A stretch of 42,409 bases of DNA from an uncultured Actinomycetes bacterium (lineage in GTDB: Bacteria; Actinomycetota; UBA4738; HRBIN12): positions 1-42,409 of the forward strand of contig CAZZND010000004.1 of NCBI GenBank assembly GCA_964655465.1, given 5' to 3'. Positions 17,009 to 26,873 of the stretch are shown here, piece by piece; position 1 is the first letter of the stretch, and each line of letters begins with the position of its first letter. The translations under genes and the position numbers were made by a program. The notes beneath the pieces are model-generated. The model did no database searches. It worked only from the letters and a program-made list of their open reading frames with translations, and had not been told where the DNA came from.

Positions 17009-17769
17009 GCGAGACCTCACCGCATGTCCGGCGCAACCGCCTGCACTGGGAGACCCGCAGCGGCGACTACCAGGGGTGGAATCGCGAACAGCTCGACCGA
17101 TGGAACCGGCTGGGCTGGGGCGTGTGGGACATCCCCGAGGACGAGCTGCAGGTCCTCGGTGACGTTGCCGGCATGGACGTCCTGGAGTACGGCTGCGGCG
17201 CCAGCCAGTCGGGCATCAAGTGGGCGATGCGGGGCGCCCGGGTCCGAGGGCTCGACTTCAGCGAGGCGCAGCTGCGGCAGGGCCTGGCGCACATGGCGAC
17301 GACGGGGGTCACCTTCCCGATCGTGCAGGCCGACGGCGAGCACGTCCCGTTCGCTGACGCCAGCTTCGACGTCGTCGTGTGCGACCACGGCGTCATGAGC
17401 TTCGCTGACCCGTACCGCACGGTCCCCGAGGCCGCCCGGGTGCTTCGCCCCGGCGGGGTGTTCGCCTTCAGCATGATCACGCCGTGGCTGTGGGTCACGA
17501 GCGAGGGTGACGTGACGACGCGTTCGCTGCACGTGCCCTACTTCGGGATGTACGCGCAGGACCTCGACGATCCCGAGTGGCAGACCACGGAGTTCCAGCT
17601 GCCCTACGGCGAGTGGGTCCGCCTCTTCCGCGCGAGCGGCCTCGTCGTCGAGGACCTGATCGAGCTCCGCCCACCCGAGGGCGCGACGTCGACCTACGTC
17701 GACGCCGATGACCTGCCGTGGGCGCGCGACTACCCGATGGACCACATCTGGAAGGTCCGGAAGACCTGA
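17005..17769 (+). CDS. Class I SAM-dependent methyltransferase
   Basis: VLEYGCGASQ (motif I), FDVVVCDHGV, LRPGGVFAF. ATGA overlap with the upstream stop. Confidence 0.85.
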   Translation: MSETSPHVRRNRLHWETRSGDYQGWNREQLDRWNRLGWGVWDIPEDELQVLGDVAGMDVLEYGCGASQSGIKWAMRGARVRGLDFSEAQLRQGLAHMATTGVTFPIVQADGEHVPFADASFDVVVCDHGVMSFADPYRTVPEAARVLRPGGVFAFSMITPWLWVTSEGDVTTRSLHVPYFGMYAQDLDDPEWQTTEFQLPYGEWVRLFRASGLVVEDLIELRPPEGATSTYVDADDLPWARDYPMDHIWKVRKT

Positions 17770-17774
17770 ACCCG

Positions 17775-19160
17775 GTGCCCGCGGCCGGGGACCGGCGTCC
17801 GCTCGTCGCGGCGCTCGTCGCGGTGCTGGTGCTCGTCGCGGTCGTCGTGCTCGTCCCCGCGGCCGAGCCGGCGACCGACCTGCCGCCGAACGTGATCCTC
17901 GTCGTGACCGACGACCAGCCGGCGGACACGCTCCTCGGCGATCCTTCCGCGATGCCCTGGCTCCGGAGCCAGCTCGACGACCCGTCGACCGGGTGGCGCT
18001 CATACACGAACGCCGTCGTCTCGACCCCGGTGTGCTGCCCGTCGCGCGCGACCCTGCTCACCGGGCTCCCGTCGTGGCAGACCGGCGTCACCGACAACGA
18101 GACGGGCGGGAGCCTCGATGAGCGCCAGACGCTGGCCGTGTGGCTGCACGACGCCGGCTACCGCACCGCGATGATCGGCAAGTACCTGAACGGCTACCCG
18201 TGGGACCGCGGGCCCTACGTCCCACCGGGGTGGGACCGGTGGATCGCGAAGACGAACGATTCGATCGACACCACCTACTACGGCTACGGGCTGATCGACC
18301 AGGGCGTCGCGCGCCGGGTAGGCGAGGCCTCCGCCGACTACGTCACGGACGTGCTCGGGACCGCGGCGCTCGAGTTCGTGCGAGCAGCGCCCGCCGACCA
18401 GCCGTGGTTCCTCTACCTGGCGCCGCCGGCGCCCCACGCGCCGTACACGCCGGCTCCTCGGCACGACGGCGCCTTCGCCGGCGTCGAACCGCCGGCACCG
18501 AGCGACGCCGTGCTGAACGACGTCGACGGCAAACCGGCGTGGCTCCGCGCGAGACCGCCGATCGACGCCGCGCGCCTGTCCGGCTTGCAGGCGGAGCGAC
18601 TGGCTCAGCGCGAGACGCTGCTCGCGGTCGACGAGTACCTCTTGGCGCTCCGCGACGTGGTGGCCTCGCGGGGTGAGACCGAGCGCACCGTGATCGTCGT
18701 CACCTCCGACAACGGCTTCACGTTCGGCGACCATCGGTGGGTCGGCAAGCAGGTGCCGTACGAGCCTTCGATCCGCGTGCCCCTCGCGATCTCGGTCCCC
18801 GGGTCCGAGGGTGGCCCGAGCGACGAGCTCGCGTCCAACCTCGACATCGCACCGACCCTGGCGGCGCTCGCAGGGGTCACGCCGCCGTTCCGGTTCGCCG
18901 GTAAGGACCTCACCGGCCCATCGTCGACCGGGGTCATGGAGCCGTGGGTCCCCCTCGGTTGGGCCGGCGGCGCCAACGTCCCGGCGTGGCACGGGGTGCG
19001 CACGAAGGACCGCGTCTACATCCGGTGGATCACCGGCGAGGAGGAGGTGTACGACCTGCGCCGCGATCCCGGCCAGCTCGTGAACCTTGCCGACCATCCG
19101 CGAGCGGTGCGCGGATACCGGCGGTTGCTGCGCTCCGGGGTGTTCCGGAGGCAGGGGTAG
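17775..19160 (+). CDS. Sulfatase (Cys-type formylglycine-dependent), N-terminally membrane anchored or secreted
   Basis: [10 protein letters not shown] and the sulfatase signature [11 protein letters not shown]. Hydrophobic N-terminus [21 protein letters not shown] 17775. Confidence 0.9.
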   Translation: MPAAGDRRPLVAALVAVLVLVAVVVLVPAAEPATDLPPNVILVVTDDQPADTLLGDPSAMPWLRSQLDDPSTGWRSYTNAVVSTPVCCPSRATLLTGLPSWQTGVTDNETGGSLDERQTLAVWLHDAGYRTAMIGKYLNGYPWDRGPYVPPGWDRWIAKTNDSIDTTYYGYGLIDQGVARRVGEASADYVTDVLGTAALEFVRAAPADQPWFLYLAPPAPHAPYTPAPRHDGAFAGVEPPAPSDAVLNDVDGKPAWLRARPPIDAARLSGLQAERLAQRETLLAVDEYLLALRDVVASRGETERTVIVVTSDNGFTFGDHRWVGKQVPYEPSIRVPLAISVPGSEGGPSDELASNLDIAPTLAALAGVTPPFRFAGKDLTGPSSTGVMEPWVPLGWAGGANVPAWHGVRTKDRVYIRWITGEEEVYDLRRDPGQLVNLADHPRAVRGYRRLLRSGVFRRQG

Positions 19161-19170
19161 ACTCGCCTGC

Positions 19171-20676
19171 GTGCAACGCCGGCCCGGCTCCGTGCTCCGT
19201 CCGGCCGCGAGGCGCCGCCGCCCGACGCGCACACAGATCGCCCGACGACCCTTCTTCGTCGTCATCGTCTTGAGCGTGTTGGTCATCGGGCTGCTGCTGT
19301 GGCCCCGCGGCGGCGGCGAGGACCGGGCGACCCCCTCGCCCAACGCCCCCGTGTCTCTCGATCCCGACGAGTGGCCGATCGAGCACGTGATCTTCCTGAT
19401 CAAGGAGAACCGCACCTTCGACCACTACTTCGGGACCTACCCCGGCGCCGACGGCGCGTCGACCGGCTTCACCATGGAACGTGACTCGAGCGGGAAGTGG
19501 GTGGACGGCCCCGAGATCGCCCTTGAAGAGGCTCCCTACATCCAGCCGCACGACATCACGCACGGGTTCGCGAGCGGGCTCTACTCGATCAACGGCGGCA
19601 AGATGAACGGCTTCAACATCATCGGCAAGGGAGCCGACCTGTCGGGCTACGTCCAGCACTCGCGGCGCACGATCCCCAACTATTGGAAGCTCGCGGACCG
19701 GTTCGTGCTCGCGGACCGGTTCTTCACCTCGATGTACGGGCCGACGTTCCCCGAGCACCTCTACACGGTGGCGGCGCAGTCGAACGGCGTCGTCCACAAC
19801 AAGACCAACGCCGACACCGAGGGCAGCTACTGCGACGATCCGCTCGAGCTTACGAAGCGGTTCCCGTTCGAGGATCTCTCTGGCGACGACCTGTCGAGGA
19901 TCATGAAGCTCGAGGACGAGATCACATCCGAGATCCCCGCTCAGCTCTCTCGGATCGCACGGTACTGGGAGGACACCAGGACGTGTTTCAACATCCCGGT
20001 CCTGCCCGACCGGCTCGAGCGCAAGGGCATCTCGTGGAAGTACTACGGACGCCCCGATCAGTGGATGAACGGTCTGCAGGCCATCGAACACGTGTGGAAG
20101 GGCCCGATGCGGGAGAAGATCCAGGACCCCGACCAGATCCTCGTCGATCTCGAGAACGATGACCTTCCGGCGGTCTCGTGGCTCATCCCTCCGGAGGGCT
20201 CGTCCAACGAGCATCCGGGGGCGGGCACGAACGTGTGCGTCGGCGAGAACTGGACGATGGAGCGGTTGAACGCCATCTTCGGGTCCGACGCCTGGCCGAC
20301 CACCATCGTCGTGATCGTCTGGGACGACTTCGGTGGCTTCTACGACCACGTGCCACCGCCGCACCTCGACACGATGGGCCTCGGCCCCCGGACACCGGCG
20401 CTGATCATCAGCCCCTACTCGAAGGCGGGCGAGAACCGTAGCGGCGGCTCGATCGACTCGACGGTCTACGAGTTCTCCTCGGTGCTCGCGTTCATCGAGA
20501 GGTGGCGCCAGATCCGGCCGCTCACCGAGCGCGACGCGAACGCCGACCCGCTCTCTGGCGCCGTCGACTTCACGCAGGATCCGCGGCTCGACGTTCCGGA
20601 GTTGAAGCTCCGCGCTTGTGAGGCCGAGCTCGCAGACTCGACGTCACCATGGGAGGGGAAGTACGTACCCGAGTGA
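19171..20676 (+). CDS. Phosphoesterase family protein (phospholipase C / AcpA-type acid phosphatase family) with N-terminal TM
   Basis: [19 protein letters not shown] and VSWL.P...S.HP blocks of the phosphoesterase family. N-terminal [34 protein letters not shown] 19171. Confidence 0.85.
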   Translation: MQRRPGSVLRPAARRRRPTRTQIARRPFFVVIVLSVLVIGLLLWPRGGGEDRATPSPNAPVSLDPDEWPIEHVIFLIKENRTFDHYFGTYPGADGASTGFTMERDSSGKWVDGPEIALEEAPYIQPHDITHGFASGLYSINGGKMNGFNIIGKGADLSGYVQHSRRTIPNYWKLADRFVLADRFFTSMYGPTFPEHLYTVAAQSNGVVHNKTNADTEGSYCDDPLELTKRFPFEDLSGDDLSRIMKLEDEITSEIPAQLSRIARYWEDTRTCFNIPVLPDRLERKGISWKYYGRPDQWMNGLQAIEHVWKGPMREKIQDPDQILVDLENDDLPAVSWLIPPEGSSNEHPGAGTNVCVGENWTMERLNAIFGSDAWPTTIVVIVWDDFGGFYDHVPPPHLDTMGLGPRTPALIISPYSKAGENRSGGSIDSTVYEFSSVLAFIERWRQIRPLTERDANADPLSGAVDFTQDPRLDVPELKLRACEAELADSTSPWEGKYVPE

Positions 20677-20688
20677 CGGGCAGGCGTC

Positions 20689-22140
20689 TCAGGGGCCGAC
20701 CGTGATGCCCTGCTCCTGGGCGAGCTCTGCGAGGAGCGCGTCGAGGCCGTCGCGGATCTTCGCGCGCCACCACTCCTGGCCGTCTTCCGGCAAGGTGTAG
20801 ATCGGGTCGTAGTAGTGGTAGCGGCGCGTGAGCGCCTCGGGATCGTCGTATTCGATGCCGGTCCGGTAGTTCTTGGTCCAGTGCGACACGCCGCGCACGC
20901 GGTCGTAATCCTGGTTCATGTGGACCCATCGCTTGCCGACGAACGGCACGTCGCAGACCATGCGCGGCGTCGCGAAGCCCGGCATGTAGCCGAGCAGCCC
21001 GTACTGCAGCTCCTGGGTCTCGGCGAGCGAGGTCCGCCAGTGCTCGGCGTTGGGGATCATGTCGCACATATAGAAGTAGTAGGGCAGGATCTTGCCGTGA
21101 TCCATGAGCGTGAAGCACAGCTCCAGCAGGTCGTTCACCGTGGTGTTCACCCCACGCAGCAGCACGCCTTGGTTGCGCACGTCGCGGAACCCCGCGTCCA
21201 GCACCATCTCGGCGGCGCGACGGACGAGCGGCGTCACGGACTGGGCGGCGTTCACGTGCGTGTGCACGGCGATGTCGACGCCCCGCTCACGGGCCCGCGC
21301 GCCCATCCTGCCGAAGGCATCCTTGACGTCGTCCTGGAGGAAGTGCTGCGGGAGGCCCATGAGACCCTTGGTCGCGATGCGGATGTCCCGGATGGTCTCG
21401 ATGTCGAGCAGCGACATCACGAAGCTCTCGAGCCGCTTCACCGGCACGTTCGCCATATCGCCGCCCGAAACGACGACGTCGCGGACCTGCGGGGTGCGCC
21501 GGAGGTAGTCGAGCATCTGGTCCCAGCGCTCGTTCTGTTTGGTCTCGAACTTGTACTTGAGGACCTGCAACGTGTCGTTGCCGACCAGGTCCATCCGTGT
21601 GCAGTGCCCGCAGTACTGGGGGCACGTGGGGATCAGCTCGGCGAGCACCTTCGTGGGGTATCGGTGCGTCAGCCCCTCGACCGCCCACATGTCAGCCTCG
21701 TGCAGCGAGTCGCGGCTCGAGAGCGGGTGCGAGGGCCACTCGGTCTCGCGCTCGGAGAACGCGGGGGTCATGTACCGGCGAACGCGGTCGCCGCGCAGGT
21801 CGTGCTCCTGCATCGTGTTGATCATCTGCGGCGGCAGGAGCATCGACATGGTCGCGCGCTCCTGCTGGTCACGCTCGATGTCGGCGAGCAAGCCGTCGTC
21901 GAGGAAGTCCCCGAGTGCCGCCTTGAGCTCCCTGAGGTTCTTGGCGCTGTGCGCGCGCTGCCACTGGGCGGATTCCCACTGGTCGCGGGTGACGTCGCGG
22001 TAGCCGGGCAGACGGGTCCAGTCGGGCTCGACGAACTCGCGCTCGAGGGGGTAGCGGAACGGCTGCTCCGTCGCATGAGCGTGCGCCTCGCGGTGGCCCG
22101 GCCGGACGGACGACGCCTGCGGTGTGGCTCCCACGCTCAT
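20689..22140 (-). CDS. KamA-family radical SAM aminomutase (lysine 2,3-aminomutase-like; substrate not assignable)
   Basis: GLTHRYP, CPQYCGHCTRMD (CxxxCxxC), VVSGGD, PYYFYMCD. 483 aa. Confidence 0.88.
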   Translation of the reverse strand: MSVGATPQASSVRPGHREAHAHATEQPFRYPLEREFVEPDWTRLPGYRDVTRDQWESAQWQRAHSAKNLRELKAALGDFLDDGLLADIERDQQERATMSMLLPPQMINTMQEHDLRGDRVRRYMTPAFSERETEWPSHPLSSRDSLHEADMWAVEGLTHRYPTKVLAELIPTCPQYCGHCTRMDLVGNDTLQVLKYKFETKQNERWDQMLDYLRRTPQVRDVVVSGGDMANVPVKRLESFVMSLLDIETIRDIRIATKGLMGLPQHFLQDDVKDAFGRMGARARERGVDIAVHTHVNAAQSVTPLVRRAAEMVLDAGFRDVRNQGVLLRGVNTTVNDLLELCFTLMDHGKILPYYFYMCDMIPNAEHWRTSLAETQELQYGLLGYMPGFATPRMVCDVPFVGKRWVHMNQDYDRVRGVSHWTKNYRTGIEYDDPEALTRRYHYYDPIYTLPEDGQEWWRAKIRDGLDALLAELAQEQGITVGP

Positions 22141-22292
22141 GTCGGTTACATCCCCTGGTTCTCATGCTGGTTCTGTTGGCCAGCCGTTGGGTCGTCCGAG
22201 CATGCGGAACGGACGTTCTTCGGAACAAGAGCATGATACCCGGATATCGTCCGGGAGAACAGGGTAGGAACCGAAGGATGTTCGGTCGAGCG

Positions 22293-22571
22293 CTAGCGAC
22301 GGCCGCGGCCTCCGCTTTGCCCGCCGTCGCGGCGGCGCGGCCGCATGTCGCGGATCTCGGGGCCCCGCTTGGGCAGACGCGCCTTCATCGGGGCGTGCCC
22401 GGTCCTTTCGAGCTTGACCTGGATGTAGTCCGGGTTGCTCGCACGCTCGATCTCGCGCCATCCGTTGGCCAGCAAGTGCTTCAGGCGGTTGGCGGCGGTC
22501 TTGCGGAGCTTGTCGGTCCCCGGCACGGTGACGTACAGCCGCTCGTGCGTGATCTCTTTGTAGTCGGGCAT
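22293..22571 (-). CDS. Hypothetical small protein with Arg/Gly-rich C-terminal tail
   Basis: 92 aa from ATG 22571 (MPDYKEITHERLYVTVPG...). Clear G/C third-position bias over the whole frame. Ends ...RPRRRDGGQSGGRGRR. No family recognised. Confidence 0.55.
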   Translation of the reverse strand: MPDYKEITHERLYVTVPGTDKLRKTAANRLKHLLANGWREIERASNPDYIQVKLERTGHAPMKARLPKRGPEIRDMRPRRRDGGQSGGRGRR

Positions 22572-22680
22572 CACGCCCCAGGGTAGCAAGGACGGGCACC
22601 AGCGGACCGCTCTCGGGCGGCGTGAGTCCCTGGCCGCGGCCCTATAGCCCGCCTCAGGCGTTGCCGATGCCTCGTGAGGT

Positions 22681-24948
22681 ATGGGGGTTCACGCGAACGA
22701 GGACGCCCTGCCCATGGGTGTCGGTCCGGCGTTCCAGCGCCTGTCCGAAACCCTGGGACAGGAGACCGTGGAGGCTGCGCTGACCGAGGTCGGCCGCGCC
22801 CTGCAGGTCGAACGGTGTTTCGTGTTCCAGAACGTCCGCAGCACCGACGGGCAGCTGTGGATGGAGCTACGGCATGAATGGGTGGGCGAGGGCGGGAGGC
22901 CGATGTTCGACTCGCCCCTTGACGCGATCCAACCGTACTTCCCGTCGTTCGCGCGATGGATCGACGAGATGAGCGCCGGTCGCGCGGTGAGCGGTCACCT
23001 GGACGCGTTCCCGCCGGTCGAGCGCGCGATCCTCGTGTCCGAAGGGGTCGTAGAGACGGTCCAGGTCCCGGTCACCGCCGGTGGGGAATGGTGGGGGTTC
23101 GCCGGGGTGGACGTTTGTCGCGACGGCAGGTCCCTCACCGATGAGGATCGCCGGGTGGTCGAGTCGCTCGCGGACGCGGTCGCGCATGGCGTCGAGACCG
23201 ACCGTTCCCGTGAGGACGCCGACCTACAGCGCGACATCTACCGCGCGATGGTCGAGCGGGGTCCGACGATCACCTACGTCGACGCGGTCGACGACGCGGC
23301 GTCGAGCATGTACATGAGCCCGCAGATCTTCGACGTCCTGGGCTACACGGCCGAGGAGTTCACCGCGGACCCTGAGATGTGGGTGAAGGTGCTCCACCCC
23401 GACGACCGCGTCCGGGCTCTCGCGGAGAACGTCCGGCACAACGAGACGGGCGACCCGTTCCGCCTCGAGTACCGCATGATCGCGAAGGACGGGGGGACGG
23501 TGTGGGTCCTGGACGAGGCCCGTATGGTGCGCGACGATCGCGGTAACCCCCGGTACTCCCACGGCGCGATGATCGATGTCACCGAGCGCAAGCGGCGCGA
23601 GGAGAACCTGGCGTTCCAGGCCTACCACGACGAGCTGACGGGGCTGCCTTCGCGCGCGATGTTCGAAGAGCTGCTCGAGCTCTCGCTCGCGCGGGCCCGC
23701 CGTCACGAGGGAGCGGTCGCCGTCTTGTGCGTCGACCTCGACGATTTCCGATTGGTCAACGACTCGCTCGGGCACGGCATCGGTGACCAGGTCCTGCGTC
23801 TGGTAGCCGACCGCCTCCGCGAGGCCACGCGTGAGACCGACCTGGTCGCGCGCCGGGGAGGGGACCAGTTCCTGCTGCTGCTCGCCGACCTGGACCGGGA
23901 CGAGTCCTCGCCCGACGGCGCCAAGACCCGCGCCGAGGGGGTCGCCCGGCGGATCCAGGAGTCGCTCGCCTCGCCCGTCGCGCTCGAAGGCACCGAGGTC
24001 TACGTGAGCGCCGGCATCGGCATCAGCCTGTTCCCCAACGACGCCCCTGACGCCGGGACGATCCAGCGGAACGCCGAGTCGGCGATGTACGAGGCCAAGA
24101 AGACCGGCGCCGCGAACTACGTCGTGTCGAGCGACGGGACCTACGACTCGGCCGCCAAGCTGCAATTCGTGACGCGCCTGCGAAAGGCCGCCGAGGCGCA
24201 ACGCTGGACCCTGTACTACCAGCCGGTGATCGAGCTCTCGACCGGCCGCATGGTCGGCGTCGAGGCGCTCATCCGGTGGATCGAGCCCGACGGCACCATC
24301 GTGCCGCCGCTCGAGTTCATCCCGCTCGCCGAGGACCTGGGGCTGATCGAGCAGATCGGTGACTGGGTCGTTCGCGAGATCAGCTACCAGGCGACGGCGT
24401 GGAAGGAGCTCGACATCGACCTCGAGGTCGGTTTCAACCTCTCGCCGAGGCAGTTCTGGCAGCCCGACCTGGCCGAGCGCATCGTCCGCGAGATCCGTGC
24501 GAGCGGGATCGACCCGGCCAAGGTGGTCGTCGAGGTCACCGAGTCCTCGGCGATGATGAACCCCGATCGCGCGCAGGAGATCCTGCTCGAGCTGAGCGAC
24601 TACGGGTTCGCGATCGCGATCGACGACTTCGGGACAGGGTACTCCTCGCTCTCACGCCTGCGCGAGATGCCCGTGCGCGTACTGAAGATCGACCGCTCAT
24701 TCGTGAGCAACGTGAACGAGGACCCGCAGTCGGCCTCGATCGTGACGGCGTTCCTGGAGCTTTCCCGTGGCCTCGGGATGACGACGCTCGCCGAGGGGAT
24801 CGAGACGGCCGAGGAGCTCGCGTTCCTCCGTGAGCGCGGCTGCGAGCTCGGTCAGGGGTACTACTTCTCCAAGCCCGTCCCCCCGGAGGAGATCATCGCC
24901 TACGCGTTCGGCGGGATCCCGACCGCGGCCGCGATGGGCACGCCTTAG
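22681..24948 (+). CDS. GAF-PAS-GGDEF-EAL c-di-GMP signalling protein
   Basis: PAS-like RLEYRMIAKDGGTVWV, GGDEF domain with active-site RRGGDQF, EAL domain with EALIRW, DDFGTGYSSL, KIDRSF and EGIET. An alternative start at ATG 22714 has better SD spacing. Confidence 0.9.
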   Translation: MGVHANEDALPMGVGPAFQRLSETLGQETVEAALTEVGRALQVERCFVFQNVRSTDGQLWMELRHEWVGEGGRPMFDSPLDAIQPYFPSFARWIDEMSAGRAVSGHLDAFPPVERAILVSEGVVETVQVPVTAGGEWWGFAGVDVCRDGRSLTDEDRRVVESLADAVAHGVETDRSREDADLQRDIYRAMVERGPTITYVDAVDDAASSMYMSPQIFDVLGYTAEEFTADPEMWVKVLHPDDRVRALAENVRHNETGDPFRLEYRMIAKDGGTVWVLDEARMVRDDRGNPRYSHGAMIDVTERKRREENLAFQAYHDELTGLPSRAMFEELLELSLARARRHEGAVAVLCVDLDDFRLVNDSLGHGIGDQVLRLVADRLREATRETDLVARRGGDQFLLLLADLDRDESSPDGAKTRAEGVARRIQESLASPVALEGTEVYVSAGIGISLFPNDAPDAGTIQRNAESAMYEAKKTGAANYVVSSDGTYDSAAKLQFVTRLRKAAEAQRWTLYYQPVIELSTGRMVGVEALIRWIEPDGTIVPPLEFIPLAEDLGLIEQIGDWVVREISYQATAWKELDIDLEVGFNLSPRQFWQPDLAERIVREIRASGIDPAKVVVEVTESSAMMNPDRAQEILLELSDYGFAIAIDDFGTGYSSLSRLREMPVRVLKIDRSFVSNVNEDPQSASIVTAFLELSRGLGMTTLAEGIETAEELAFLRERGCELGQGYYFSKPVPPEEIIAYAFGGIPTAAAMGTP

Positions 24949-26786
24949 GCGCCGGCCGCGCCGCGGGCAGCCGCGGCGATCGAGGCCGCGTCGATGCCAG
25001 CCCACGAGCGCAGCTCCTGCGGGGTCGCCGAACCTGGCAGGTCACGCACGGCGAGCTTGATCACGCGGCCGGCGAGCGGCCCGCTGGCGGCCAGCGCGTC
25101 CAGCACCGCGTCGCCGAGACCACCCTCCACGCGGTGGTCCTCGACGACGACGATCGATCCCGTCTCGTCGTGCGCCCGACGGATCGTGGCGGCGTCGATC
25201 GGCTTCACACTGTAGGCGTCGATCACCCGGGCGGTGATCCCCTCGGCGCCGAGCTGCTGGGCCGCGCTCATGCACTCGTGCAGCGTGACACCCGCCCCGA
25301 TCAACGCGACGTCGTCGTGGTCGCTGGAGGCGAGCGTCTTGGATCCGCCGATCGGGAACTCGTCGTCGGGGCCGTAGAGCGCGGAGGTCGCCTCACGCGT
25401 GGTCCGCAGGTACGAGACGCCCGGGAGATCGCACATCGCCGCGACGAGCTTGACCGTGCTCGTGCCGTCGGCGGGATACAGGACCGTCGAGCCGTGCAGG
25501 GCGCGGAAGATCGCGAGGTCCTCCACGGCCATCTGCGACGGTCCGTCCTCGCCGATCGACACGCCGGCGTGCGACCCGCACAGGCGCAGATCGGCGCGGC
25601 TGATCACGCCCATCCGGATCTGGTCGACCGCCCGGGTCAGGAACGCGCCGAACGAGGCCGCCCAGGCCGTCTTGCCGAGCGCCTGCAGGCCGGTCTGGAC
25701 CCCGACGATGCACTGCTCGGCGATGAACAGCTGCACGAAGCGCTCGGGCGCGACGCGGTCGAAGTCTTCGGTGTAGGTCGAGTTGCCGACCTCGCCGTCC
25801 AGGACGACGAGGTCGGGCCGGTGTCCGGCCAGCCAGACGAGTGCATCGCCGAACGCCTTGCGGGTGGCCACGGGACCGTCGTAGGTGGGAGCCGGCGCCG
25901 CCCGCAACTCTCCCAGGTGGACCGGTTTCCAGTCGGGCGGCGCCGGCGGTGTGACGCGGAGGTCTCGCGCGCCGCCGAGCTCGGCGATCGCCTCATCCAT
26001 GCGGTCGGCCGGCACGGCCTTGCCGTGCCAGCCGTCCTGATCGGCCAGGAACGAGACGCCGTGGCCCTTCTCGGTCCGCGCGACGATCAACGTGGGCCGG
26101 TCGTCGACCACGGCATCGCGGTAGGCCCGGTCGACGGCGCCGACATCGTGGCCGTCGACCTGGATCGCGCTCCACCCGAACGCCTCGGCCCGGTCGCGGA
26201 ACACTTCCCCGTTCCAGCCGTGCATCGTGGCTCCGCGTTGCCCGAGCCGGTTCAGGTCGATGATCGCGGTGAGGTTGCCGGCCTCGTGGTGCCTGGCGGC
26301 TTCCATGGCCTCCCAGACCGAACCCTCGGCCATCTCGGAATCGCCGAGAAGGACCCAGGCGTTGCCCGGCGCCCCGTCCATTCGCATCGCGAGGGCCATC
26401 CCGAGCCCCACGGCGAGCCCCTGGCCGAGCGACCCGCTCGCCACGTCGACCCAGGGCAGCTCGGGCACGGGAGCCGGGTGGCCCTGGATCGGCGATCCTT
26501 TCCGCCGGAGCGACAGCAGTTCGTCGTCGGTCAGCGCCCCGACCATCTTGAGCGCCGCGTAGAGGGCGGGGGCCGCATGCCCCTTCGACATCACGAAGCG
26601 GTCGTTCGCCAGGCTCTTGGGATCTTGGACGTCGGTGCGAAGGTGGCTGGCGAAGAGCACCGCGAGCAGGTGCGCCGACGACATCGACGACGTCGGATGG
26701 CCCGACCCGGCCGCTGTCGTCGCTCGGATGCTGTCGACCGCGATCTGCGCGGCCAGGTCGTTCCAGAGCTGGGTTCGATCGTCCAC
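24945..26786 (-). CDS. Transketolase (613-aa form)
   Basis: GSGHPTSSMS thiamine-diphosphate motif, GDSEMAEGSVWEA, pyrimidine-binding and C-terminal domains contiguous in one ORF. Confidence 0.9.
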   Translation of the reverse strand: MDDRTQLWNDLAAQIAVDSIRATTAAGSGHPTSSMSSAHLLAVLFASHLRTDVQDPKSLANDRFVMSKGHAAPALYAALKMVGALTDDELLSLRRKGSPIQGHPAPVPELPWVDVASGSLGQGLAVGLGMALAMRMDGAPGNAWVLLGDSEMAEGSVWEAMEAARHHEAGNLTAIIDLNRLGQRGATMHGWNGEVFRDRAEAFGWSAIQVDGHDVGAVDRAYRDAVVDDRPTLIVARTEKGHGVSFLADQDGWHGKAVPADRMDEAIAELGGARDLRVTPPAPPDWKPVHLGELRAAPAPTYDGPVATRKAFGDALVWLAGHRPDLVVLDGEVGNSTYTEDFDRVAPERFVQLFIAEQCIVGVQTGLQALGKTAWAASFGAFLTRAVDQIRMGVISRADLRLCGSHAGVSIGEDGPSQMAVEDLAIFRALHGSTVLYPADGTSTVKLVAAMCDLPGVSYLRTTREATSALYGPDDEFPIGGSKTLASSDHDDVALIGAGVTLHECMSAAQQLGAEGITARVIDAYSVKPIDAATIRRAHDETGSIVVVEDHRVEGGLGDAVLDALAASGPLAGRVIKLAVRDLPGSATPQELRSWAGIDAASIAAAARGAAGA

Positions 26787-26873
26787 CGGCGTCCCTCGTC
26801 GTCGCGTCGGCGCCAGCCTACCGGCCGGGCACTGCTTCGCGTCCCGGTCACCGCGCTACCCTCAGCGGCACCC

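Noticed and set aside
22141-22292. Lysine (L-box) riboswitch upstream of the KamA-family gene
   Set aside because: I could not recognise the characteristic five-helix junction or conserved L-box segments. I kept the region as an unassigned structured spacer rather than calling it a riboswitch.
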